A DNA stretch of 64,000 nt. Origin: Macrostomum lignano. Taxonomy: Eukaryota. The stretch covers positions 1 to 64,000 of the forward strand of contig NIVC01002312.1 of NCBI GenBank assembly GCA_002269645.1. The letters run 5' to 3'. Positions within the stretch are counted from its first letter, which is position 1; each line of letters begins with the position of its first letter. Position numbers and translations under genes: made by a program. This document shows positions 13,584 through 25,500 of this stretch, piece by piece. The notes under the pieces are model-generated. The model was not told the DNA's origin. It searched no databases and saw only the letters and a program-made list of their open reading frames with translations.

Positions 13584-16500
13584 CTAAGAAATCGCGCAAG
13601 CTCCTTCCGACTGCGAGGTTGGCTCAACCGGATTCACCAGTGCAGACTCTGGCTGGTCCGGACTGTCCGAGTCCGGCAGTGACAGCTGCTGCTTGCCAGC
13701 CAGATCGGCTGCACCAGCGGCGGGAAAGTCGAATTGCTGATGCTGTCGACAACCTGACGGCGGCAAAGGCGTTGGCGCTCCAACAGCAGCTGCAGCCGGG
13801 GTTGCCGGGGTATCGCTGAGCACTGGCGACGTTGGAGCGGAAACGGCGGCTGCTGCGGCGGAAGCTAAGGAGCCATTGGTTAGGGATGTTTGCTGCTGTT
13901 GTTGCTGCTGCTGTTGCTGTTTGACATCGTCGCCGCCACCAGACGACGTGTGTTTCCGACGCATCAGGGCGCCGGCTGACGAGCTCCGGTTGATCGAATA
14001 GTCAATCATTGTTGCAGCTGTTGACGATGAAGCTGGAGCAGCTGAAGATGCCGCAGGTGTTGCTGCTGCCGCTGTCGCACCAGAGGCCAGAGGCCAGTGA
14101 CCAGAGGCATCGTCGCCCGGTTTTCCAGTCCGTCCGCCGGCTGACGAGTCGCTTTTCAGTCGGCGACGCACTAGCATGAGCTGCTGGCGGGCGCGCAGGT
14201 CGGCAAAGAAGCCCCGATAGCCGGGGCACTCGGACTCGGACCAGAGCGTCAGCAGCAGAAGGCCTTCGCGGAGTCGCTCGGCCGTGACCGAATCGGTCGG
14301 CGATGATAAAGCGGCCTCGGCTGCGGCGGTGTCGCGCAGTACGGCAGCGACTAGGAGGGCCCAGTCTAGACAGCAGGCTTCGTTGAACACCTTCAACAGC
14401 CAGCGAAGTCTAGCGGCCATGCCGGGCGGGCCAGTGTTGGCCAGCTCGGCGGTGAGCTGGTCCAGCTGCTCCTCGGCCAGGCTCTCCGCCGTGGACTGAG
14501 TGGCCGAATTGCGACCGTCGCTGCTCAGGTCGCCGCCGACGGCAGTTGCCGCCGTCGATGGAGTGTCGTCGGCGGGGACGAAGCGAGGTTTTAGAAACAC
14601 CTGCTTGTCTGGCTGGTGCTGCTGTTGCTGCTGCTGCTGCGGGCGACGGGCCAGCGGTGCTGCTAGCGGCGGCTGGGACGGACTGGCGACAGAGGGCGGT
14701 GCCGGGTGGGCCGGCAGCAGCAGGTGGGCCTCGCTGATCTCCGCTCCGCCGCTGCCGTTGTTGCCGCCGCTGCTGTTAGCCGCCGTTGGCCGGATGGGCA
14801 GGGGCCATTTGAAGTCCAGGTGAAGCTTCTTCAGCGCGCTGACAAAGTCTGTGACTCGACCGGGACCCAGCCTGCGGTGGGCGTTTGCAGGGAGCCTGTT
14901 ACACACTGCATGTTACAGTGACTGTTACAGTAATCCTTACACAGCACATGTTACAGTAACTGTTTACACTGCTTGTTACAGTAATCCTTACACAGTACGT
15001 TACAGTAACTGTTCACACTGCCTGTTACAGTAATCCTTACACAGTACATGTTACAGTAACTGTTCACACTGCCTGTTACAGTAATCCTTACACAGTACAT
15101 GTTACAGTAACTGTTCACACTGCCTGTTACAGTAATCCTTACACAGTACATGTTACAGTAACTGTTCACACTGCCTGTTACAGTAATCCTTACACAGTAC
15201 ATGTTACAGTAATAACTGCAAACCTTTCCCGCCTGAGCCAGGCCACAAACTGGTTGTTCTCGAACTCGATATTAGCAGCGAATCTGGCCAGCTCGTGTAC
15301 CCGATAGTGACCGAGCAGATTGCGGGCGTGCCGCAGCAGAATGCCGTTGACTTCGTCGGAAAGGTTAGGCAGGCCGCTAGCCAGACTGCCGGCGCTGAAG
15401 CCGCCAGCTCCGGCAGAGGCTGTGGAACCAGCTGGACTGGCAATGCCGCTGCCGCCTGTTGTTCCAGCTGCAGCCAGTACAGTCAATTCCGCATTGACGC
15501 CTGCTGATGAAGTGCCGGCAGCCGATGACGCGCCGGACGTTGTCGACGTTGTGATCGACGCCGCTGCTACGGACGCCGCGGCAGCTGCTGACTTGCCGGC
15601 GCTGCCGTCTCTCTGAGTCCCAGATCTGGCAGAAAAATTTTATTAGAAATTTTAGCCAATTTTCTAAATTTTTAATAGTATTTTCTTGTATTTATACTAG
15701 CAGTAGTGCAACTAGCACATAATAGTAGCTGTGTTAGTAGTAGAAAAAACACACTAAATCAAGTATATAAATATTTGACATGAGAGAAACAAATTAGCCA
15801 ACTAAATCAATGGTGAGAGTACTATTAGTAGTAAGTAGTTTTTACGCAGAGGTCACCACAATGTCAAGGGACTCCTATCGATACCTTGCTAAGTCGCAAA
15901 TCAAGGGGCGACAGTTGACCCGCACAGCCAGGGAGGAGGAGGCAAGCATGTCAATGTTAATTCCCCCGAACCCTGAGCTATAGCTTGTAGATTTGACTCT
16001 TATTAAAGTTAATATAATAGACTACAAGCGAGAGAAAACGTGTTAAACAGTGAAACAGTGCAACAATTAAACAGTGAAGTTATATAAATAACAAAACGGC
16101 TCGAGGCCAAAAGCTGCGCAACTGACTTTGTTTGGTACTGGTTCAGACGGCCAGCTGAAAGGCCGTACGAGGCTGAACTTCTGAAAGAAATTAGTGTATA
16201 GAAGAGTTAGTGTATGCAGTGTTTGAGTATGGAACTGAAACAACCGCAAATTAATATGAGTCAGTAGCCCGATGAAAACGGTACCCAGGGCACAAGAAGA
16301 GTCCCAGAGTGACTTGTGTCGCCTCAGAGTTGTTTCAGATAACACAGGTAAAATAGGAAAGAAGCGACTCTAGACGACGCTAAGACGACCGAGATGTCAC
16401 GGTACAAGTCGTCAAAAAATCGTCTTAAGAGTCACCCCAGAGTCGCTAAAGTCCCTGTAGGTGTTATTTTTTCACCGTAACGTTTCAACAAGTAGAGCAT

Positions 16501-19500
16501 GCATTTAAAAAATGTAAATTTATTAATAACACCACGCCATGCATACCGAAATTTTGCCATCAAGATATTACATGTAGGTAAACTAATACTAAAACAAATA
16601 ACAATTTTAGTACCTCGAGTGCAACAAGTCGACAACACTACTTTCAAGTTTAATTAATGCATTCATAGGTAGCAACAAGATAACTCTTAACAACACCCAA
16701 CAGCTCATGGAATTAAAAAGTTCACTCAGCCAGTCAATCCACAGAATCAACAAGTTCACTCAAGCCAGTCACTCCACAGAATCAACAAGTTCACTCCGCC
16801 AGTCACTCCACAGAATCACCAAGTTCACTCCGCCAGTCACTCCACAGAATCACCAAGTTCACTCCGCCAGTCACTCCACAGAATTGCCAAGATCACTCCG
16901 CCAGTCACTCCACAGAATTGCCAAGATCACTCCGCCAGTCACTCCACAGAATCACCAAGATCACTCAGCCAGTCACTCCACAGAATCACCAAGTTCACTC
17001 CGACAGTCACTCCACAGAATCACCAAGATCACTCCGCCAGTCACTCCACAGAATTGCCAAGATCACTCAGCCAGTCACTCCACAGAATCACCAAGTTGAC
17101 TCAGCCAGTCACTCAACAGAATCACCAAGTTCACTCAGCCAGTCACTCAACAGAATCACCTAGATCACTCCGCCAGTCACTCAACAGAATCACCAAGTTT
17201 ACTCAGTCAGTCACTCCACAGAATCACCAAGTTCACTCAGCCAGTCACTCAACAGAATCACCAAGTTCACTCAGCCAGTCACTCCACAGAATCACCAAGT
17301 TCACTCAGTCAGTCACTCCACAGAATCACCAAGTTCACTCAGTCAGTCACTCCACAGAATCACCAAGATCACTCAAGCCAGGCACTCAACAGAATCACCA
17401 AGTTCACTCAGTCAGTCACTCCACAGAATCACCAAGTTCACTCAGCCAGTCACTCCACAGAATCACCAAGTTCACTCTGACAGTCACTCCACAGAATCAC
17501 CAAGTTCACTCAGCCAGTCACTCCACAGAATCACCAAGTTCACTCTGACAGTCCCACCCGTCAGCCTCACCGCCTAGCAGCGAATGTGTCAGCGGCATCC
17601 TGGCCAGCAATAGACGAGGAGCCGGACTTCAACGGTCCAGACGGATAGCGCATGGCTCCGGCGTGGTGCCGTTTAGTCTGCGGCGCGGGCGCGGCGGCGG
17701 TGGCGGTGTCAGCCAGCTCGGCCGGGTCGATGCTCTTGAGAAAGCGAATGAGATCGCGAGCCAGATTCCAGTCCTCGCGGTCTAGAGCAGCGTCCAACAG
17801 TAAAGTGGCGTGCTGCTTGCTAACAATGGGTTTCTCGGTGTTCTCCAGTATGAGCAGGTAGGACGCGGCGGTCTTCAATTGGCCATTAACTAAGCTCACT
17901 TCGAATAGGTCTTTAGGACTGCCAACATTGGCGAATAGGTAGGGCCAGAGTGATACTTCGGTTTTCCTGGCGCACCTGGCCACGGTGTCCAGGTATTGGG
18001 CTGGGAACTCTTGTACAAAGGCCACCACCCTGGGCAAGAGAGGGTCCGGCACCGGCTCCTTGCTGGTGGCTTCCTCTTCTAGGACTTCGTGTAGTAGCAG
18101 CTCCAGGCAGTGGTTGAAGTAGGTGAGATGGGCGCTGGACTTGGCTATGTGCAGGGCGTGGTGGCCAAGACTGAAAGTGGACCAGGGATTAACCGATTGA
18201 GTCACTTTTGCGGAGCGGCTCAGATCTACTAAGGCGCATTGTTTGGAGTATGAAGGCGGATGGTGAGTGCAGACAGGTAGAGATAGGGGTAGACAGTGAG
18301 ATTTAGACAGTAGATGGTGAGATGCAGACAGGTAGAGATAGGGGTAGACAGTGAGATTTAGACAGTAGATGGTGAGATGCAGACAGGTAGAGATAGGGGT
18401 AGACAGTGAGATTTAGACAGTAGATGGTGAGATGCAGACAGGTAGAGATAGGGGTAGACAGTGAGATTTAGACAGTAGATGGTGAGATGCAGACAGATGA
18501 GGACAGAGTAGACAGTGAGATTTAGACAGTAGTAGATGGTGAGATGCAGACAGGTAGAGATAGGGGTAGACAGTGAGATTTAGACAGTAGATGGTGAGAT
18601 GCAGACAGATGAGGACAGAGTAGACAGTGAGATTTAGACAGTAGAAGATGGTGAGATGCAGACAGGTAGAGATAGGGGTAGACAGTGAGATTTAGACAGT
18701 AGACGGTGAGATGCAGACAGACGAGGACAGAGTAGACAGTGAGATGCAGACAGACGAGGACAGAGTAGACAGTGAGATGCAGACAAGTAGACCGGGAGTA
18801 GACAGTGAGATTTACAATTATTAAACAGTATGACTGGCAGCAGATTGATGACTCACTTTTTCCGCAGCAACTGTTTGACAATATGATTAAGGAAAATTTG
18901 ACTCTGAAATGAAAACAAATTGAATAGATACACAGTGACGTACCGTAAATGAAGAATAAATAGAATTCCAACGCAGCCAAATCAATTCTTACAGTTTTCT
19001 CAATGACATTGAAGGGCATCAAAGCCAGAGGCGAGATATTATCGGACGGCCCGGAGACTCGACCCTGGGACAGGGTCAGGCCAATCGACTGGGAGACTTC
19101 GTTAATACAGCTCAGGAATAGGACCTCCTCAAACAGTACAACTGCGGACGGTTAAGGGATTAGGGGATTTTGATAATCCACAGAATTTCCAACAATCCCA
19201 ACCCTTTTAACACAGAAAAATCTCCCTTTAGCTCACCTAGCGGATAAATCTCAACGCAGAATGGCAGCATAATCCGTTTGGACAGGTAGCCTTTAGACTC
19301 GCGATTCGATGATACCAGCGGTAGCCAGACTCGCATGCCCTGCAGGTGTGTTTAATGAGCACGATTGAGATATTTTGCATATTGGAATACACAGCTTTAT
19401 TGTTCATGATACGGACATTATCGGCCAGACCAGAGAGGAAAAAGATCAGTGAAGGATTAGGACAGGATTAGGACAGGATCAATAGGGGATTAGGGCAGGA

Positions 19501-22500
19501 TTAAGAAGGGATTAGGACAAGATCATGAAGGGATTAGGACAGTATCAATAGGGGATTAAGACAGGATCAATAGGAGATTACGACAGGATCAATAGGGGAT
19601 TAGGACAGGATCAATAGGGGATTAGGACAGGATCAATAGAGGATTAGGACAGGATCAATAGGAGATTAGGACAGGATCAATAGGAGATTAGGACAGGATC
19701 AATAGGGGATTAGGACAGGATCAATAGGAGATTAAGACAGGATCAATAGGGGATTAGGACAGGATCAATAGGGGATTAGGACAGGATCAATAGGAGATTA
19801 AGACAGGATCAATAGGGGATTAGGACAGGATCAATAGGAGATTAAGACAGGATCAATCGGGGATTAAGACAGGATCAATAGGGGATTAGGACAGGATCAA
19901 TCGGGGATTAGGACAGGATCAATAGGAGATTAAGACAGGATCAATCGGGGATTAAGACAGGATCAATAGGGGATTAGGACAGGATCAATAGGGGATTAGG
20001 ACAGGATCAATCGGGGATTAAGACAGGATCAATAGGGGATTAAGACAGGATCAATCGGGGATTAAGACAGGATCAATAGGGGATTAAGACAGGATCAATA
20101 GGGGATTAAGACAGGATCAATAGGGGATTAAGACAGGATCAATAGGGGATTAGGACAGGATCAATAGGGGATTAAGACAGGATCAATAGGGGATTAAGAC
20201 AGGATCAATAGGGGATTAAGACAGGATCAATAGGGGATTAAGACAGGATCAATAGGGGATTAGGACAGGATCAATAGGGGATTAGGACAGGATCAATCGG
20301 GGATTAGGACAGGATCAATAGGAGATTAAGACAGGATCAATCGGGGATTAAGACAGGATCAATAGGGGATTAGGACAGGATCAATCGGGGATTAAGACAG
20401 GATCAATAGGGGATTAGGACAGGATCAATAGGAGATTAAGACAGGATCAATAGGGGATTAAGACAGGATCAATAGGAGATTAAGACAGGATCAATCGGGG
20501 ATTAAGACAGGATCAATAGGGGATTAAGACAGGATCAATGGGGGATTAAGACAGGATCAAGAGGGATTAAGATTAGATAAAAAGAGATTAGGACATAATC
20601 AATTGGGATTAGAAGACACCTAGAGGATTAGGATCAGACATTCAGATGATTGTTCGGGACTATGCAATTAAAGTATTGTAGACAGACAGAGTACTTTAAG
20701 AATACAAAATACAATAGGCAAACCTGAGACCCGCAGTTCAGCCAGATCGAGTCGGTCACGTGACGCTGCCGCTGAGCGGGAGTTTTAGGCCGATGCGGCG
20801 GTGTCCACACAATTTCAACATTAGTTGCAATCACCATTGGCGAGCAGAATGGCAGCGGCCTAGCAACCGGTGAGCCAATCACAGCCGACGAGGCCAGCTG
20901 ATGCTGTTCGTAAGCCGCCGCAGTTGCCGCGGTCACCGGCATGAGCCCGCCGCGATCGCGCTGAAAGAAGTACAGCCTGCCAGAATAGTTCACTAGCACT
21001 GACTCCGGATGCTGCTGTCCGCCTGACTGATGACGGCTGCGACCGGCCAAGTCAGCCGAGTCAAAGGAGGCGCTGACGCCGCCGCCGCCTCCGCTAGCCG
21101 ATGGGAAAGCGCCGCCAATCTCGGAGCGCAGATTAGTTAAACAGATTTGCAATACGCAGCCGGCGTCAAGCATATAACTGGATAGGCTTAATTCTTGCAC
21201 GTGACTCAGCTTAGCCTGGCCGTCAGATTCGGACAGGGCAAACATGTCTAACTGACAGTTGGCGCTCAGCAGCACCAGCTGGTTTCCAAGGAGATTCACC
21301 AGCTGCGGTTGGCGCACGTGCTGGGCTAGCCGGTGAATGCAGGCCTGGGCATTGTCTAGGCGAGACTGCCGAGGGTACACGCGCAGCTGAGGGAATCGGA
21401 ATTGGGGCGGCTTTTGTGCTGTGCGAGAATTTCTTATTGAGTTAAGGGGGATTTGTTGTCTTTTGAGAGATGAATCTCTCATCCGTTAAAGTAGAATTTC
21501 TCATAATGAAGGGGGATTTCTCGTTTATAATAAGGGGGAATCTTTCGTTTATCCTTGTAATGAAGGGCATATCTCTCATCTATAATGAAGGGGAATTTCT
21601 CATCTTTAATGAAGGGGGAATTTCTTATCTATAATAAAGGGGGGATTTCTCATTTATACTTGTAATGAAGGGCAAATCTCTTATCTATAATAAAGGGGAA
21701 TTTCTCATCTTTAATGAAGGGGGAATTTCTCATCTATAATGAAGGGGGAATTTCTCATCTTTAATGAAGGGGGAATTTCTCATCTATAATGAAGGGGGAA
21801 TTTCTCATCTTTAATAAAGGGGGAATTTCTCATCTATAATGAAGGGGGAATTTCTCATCTTTAATGAAGGGGGAATTTCTCATCTATAATGAAGGGGGAA
21901 TTTCTCATCTTTAAAAAGAGGAATCTCTCATCTAGAATGAAGGGGTATTTCTCAGCTTTAAAAAGAGGAATATCTCATCTACAATGAGAGGGAATTTCTC
22001 ATCCTTAAAAACCGAATTTCAATTGACAATGAAAAGTAATTTCTCACCTCGGCTCGGCCGCTCTCTAAGCTAACATCGCTCATGCAGATATAGTCGGCGC
22101 CCCACCAGACTAAGCCGCCTTGCACTGTGAAGCTGCGCTCCTGCGTTTCGTTGCCAAATAATTTCCATTTTCGAGTAGCGATGGCGTAGTGCAGGAAGCC
22201 TCGGCTGCCGGCCACGGCCAGGTAACGGCCGCCTTCGTCTATGCTCACGTGCTGCGGCAGAGGGGTGCGTTGGGGGCTTAACGGTGACATGGAGGCAATC
22301 TCGCGTAATTGAGGAGCTGGGGGAGGGTTAAAGGAGGGTCGTGGGAAGGACTAGGGAGGGTCATAGGAGGGCTATTGGAAGAAAAGGGAAGGCGGCAGGG
22401 AGGGTCATTGGATGGTCAGGAGATGTTTATTGAAAGGCCAGGGGAGGATCATTGGCAGGTCAGAGAAGGATCATGAAATGTCAGGGGAGGGTCATTGGAA

Positions 22501-25500
22501 AGTCAGGGGAGGAGGGTCTTTGAAGGTCAGAGGAGGGCCGTGGAATGTCAGGAGAGGGTCAGTGGATGGTCAGGGGAGGAGGGTCATTAGAAGGTCAGGG
22601 GAGGAGTCGGAGGACAAGGATCCATTTAAAAGGCAGTAAGGTCCCGCATATGCCGGTGACACTCGCAACACACTGAAACTCACCCGTATAGGCCAGTGAG
22701 CGGCAGTATACAGGGCCGGCAGGCAGGCAGTGTGCCAGTTTTTACTGCCGCCGTAGAGCTGAGCGGGCTCAGCGCCGCTAGTATGAGGATGATGCGGCGA
22801 TAGGAACACCCGATCGGGGCCGCACTGCACAATATGCCGCAGATTGCCCTGGCAAGGATTATCAACTAATCCGGACTTGACAAAGCTATACAGAGACAGG
22901 CCGCCTCGTTCGGTGATGGTAGCCATGAGGTAGCCGCTGCAGCACCAGCAGGCGTCGATAAGGCCCGCTGCTGGCGAGGCCGGAGCCGGAATGGACAGCA
23001 GCAGGAAGCCGCCAGCTGTCCAGAGGGCGATGTGTCCCCTGTCCCACAGGCCTAGCAGAACCGCACAGTCTGGAGTCCATCTCAGAGCCAATAGCTGGGT
23101 CTGTTGGCCAGCTGCCAGACCCAGCCCCGGCGGATGGTGCTTCGGCGTCAGGCGGAACCGATTGCTCATTGCGAATGCGCCAGTATCGTCGTCGGCGGTG
23201 AATATGACGACGTCGGTGCCGCGGCCTCCGAATGCAACGGTTCGATATTTATTATTGACCGACATGCAGGTGGCGTACTTCAGATTCTCGGCTAGGATGC
23301 CTTCGACCAGCTGGATTTTAAATATTAGATATTTTAGTGTGTTGTGCTTCATATCAATTGTGTCTCTTCATATGCATGCAATGTCTTTTTAATGTAGCTT
23401 TTGTCTCTGTCTCATGTAGCCTTGTGACTGTCTGCCGCTTTCTACTTGCATCATTGTCTTGTTCCTGTGTCTAGCTTGTGCTTTTCATGTGTCCGTCCGT
23501 ATCTTAGTGTGTCTAACAATGTATCTGCCAGTATCTTGATGTGTCTGCCAGTATTTTTGTGTCTGCCAGTATCTTGATGTGTCTGTCAGTATCTTTATGT
23601 GTCTGCCAGTATCTTGATGTGTCTGCCAGTATCTTTGTGTCTGTCAATATTTTTATGTGTCTGTCAGTATCTTTATGTGTCTGCCAGTATCTTTGTGTCT
23701 GCCAGTATCTCAATGTGTCTGTCAGTATCTTCATGTGTCTGCCAGTATCTTGATGTGTCTGCCAGTATCTTCATTTGTCTACCCGTATCTTCATGTGTCT
23801 ACTAGCATCTTGATGTGTCTGTCAGTATCTTTATGTCTGCCAGTATCCCGATGTGTCTGTCAGTGTCTTCATGTGACTGTCAGTATCTTTATGTGTCTGT
23901 CAGCATCTTGATGTGTCTGCCAGTATCTTCATGTGTCTGTCAGTATCTTAATGTGTCTGCCAGTATCTCAATGTGTCTGTCAGTATCTTGTTGTGTCTGC
24001 CAGTATCTTAATGTGTCTGCCAGTATCTTAATGTGTCTGTCAGTATCTTTATGTGTCTGCCCGTATCTTTATGTGTCTGCCAGAATATTTATGTGTCTGC
24101 CAGTATCTTGATGTATCTGTCAGTATCTTGATGTGTCTGCCAGTATCTTAATGTGTCTGTCAGTATCTTGATGTGTCTGCCAGTATCTCAATGTGTCTGT
24201 CAGTATCTTGATGTGTCTGCCAGTATCTTAATGTGTCTGCCAGTATCTTAATGTGTCTGCCCGTATCTTAATGTGTCTGTCAGTATCTTGATGTGTCTGC
24301 CAGTATCTTTATGTGTCTGCCAGCATATTTATGTGTCTGCCAGTATCTTGATGTGTCTGCCAGTATCTTCATGTGTCTGTCAGTATCCCGATGTGTCTGT
24401 CAGTATCTTGATGTGTCTGCCAGTATCTTCATGTGTCTACCCATATCTTCATGTGTCTACTAGCATCTTGATGTGTCTGTCAGTATCTTGATGTGCCTGC
24501 CAGTATCTTCATACGTCCTACTAGAACAGAAAGAACATAAAATGAATAATACCGAACTGAACGCGCACCTTCTGGTCCAGCTTAGTAGCCGAGTTAGTAG
24601 CCAGCAGGGCAGCCTTGCCATTGGACAGCAGCAGCACGAAAACGCCTAAACTTGGACTGAACTCCAAGTGGCGACAGTGCAGGCCCTCCTCGGCGAGTCT
24701 AGTTGCTCTTGAATGCTCCAGATCGTAGAAAAACGTCACCTGACGCAGATCTACAGACTGATGTTGATTCTGTTGCTGCTGCTGATTCTGCTTTTCGCTA
24801 ACAATGACAGACTGCGAGGCGCCGCCATTCCAGCGCAACCGACGAATTAGGCCATCTTTAGTAGCCACAATCAGGTCGTCTTTGAAGTGGCACATTGACG
24901 TCACCTGACTGCCCAGGTGGATTGCGTCAGACAGGCGAAGCGAAACCAGAGGCTGACGGCCGGGAGCCGACTTGCCTGTTCGACCCTGCCGGCTGGAGCG
25001 ATCAGTTGGAGTGGGAGATATACGATCGGGGCAGATAGACAGAATCGGGAGCGGATAGCCGGAGGATCAGAGGGCGGATAGCCGGAGGATCGGGGGCGGA
25101 TAGCCGGAGGATCAGAGGGCGGATAGCCGGAGGATCGGGGAGCGGATAGCCGGAGGATCAGAGGGCGGATAGCCGGAGGATCGGGGGCGGATAGCCGGAG
25201 GATCAGAGAGCGGATAGCCGGAGGATCAGAGGGCGGATAGCCGGAGGATCGGGGAGCGGATAGCGGGAGGATCAGAGGGCGGATAGCCGGAGGATCGGGG
25301 GCGGATAGCCGGAGGATCGGGGGCGGATAGCCGGAGGATCGGGGGCGGATAGCCGGAGGATCGGGGAGCGGATAGCCGGAGGATCAGAGGGCGGATAGCC
25401 GGAGGATCGGGGTGGAAAGCCGGATCGGGGGTAGATAGCTGGAGGCGGATAGCAGGCCGATCGGGGGCGGATAGCCGGAGGATCGGGGAGCGGATAGCCG

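Noticed and set aside
16067-16345. Possible extra RIC1 exon in intron 12
   Set aside because: Exon 12 (phase 2) joins exon 13 directly in frame, and the ORF shows no RIC1 similarity.
16363-16446. Mini inverted repeat AGCGACTCT..AGAGTCGCT
   Set aside because: A 9-bp match with no TSD; too weak to call an element.
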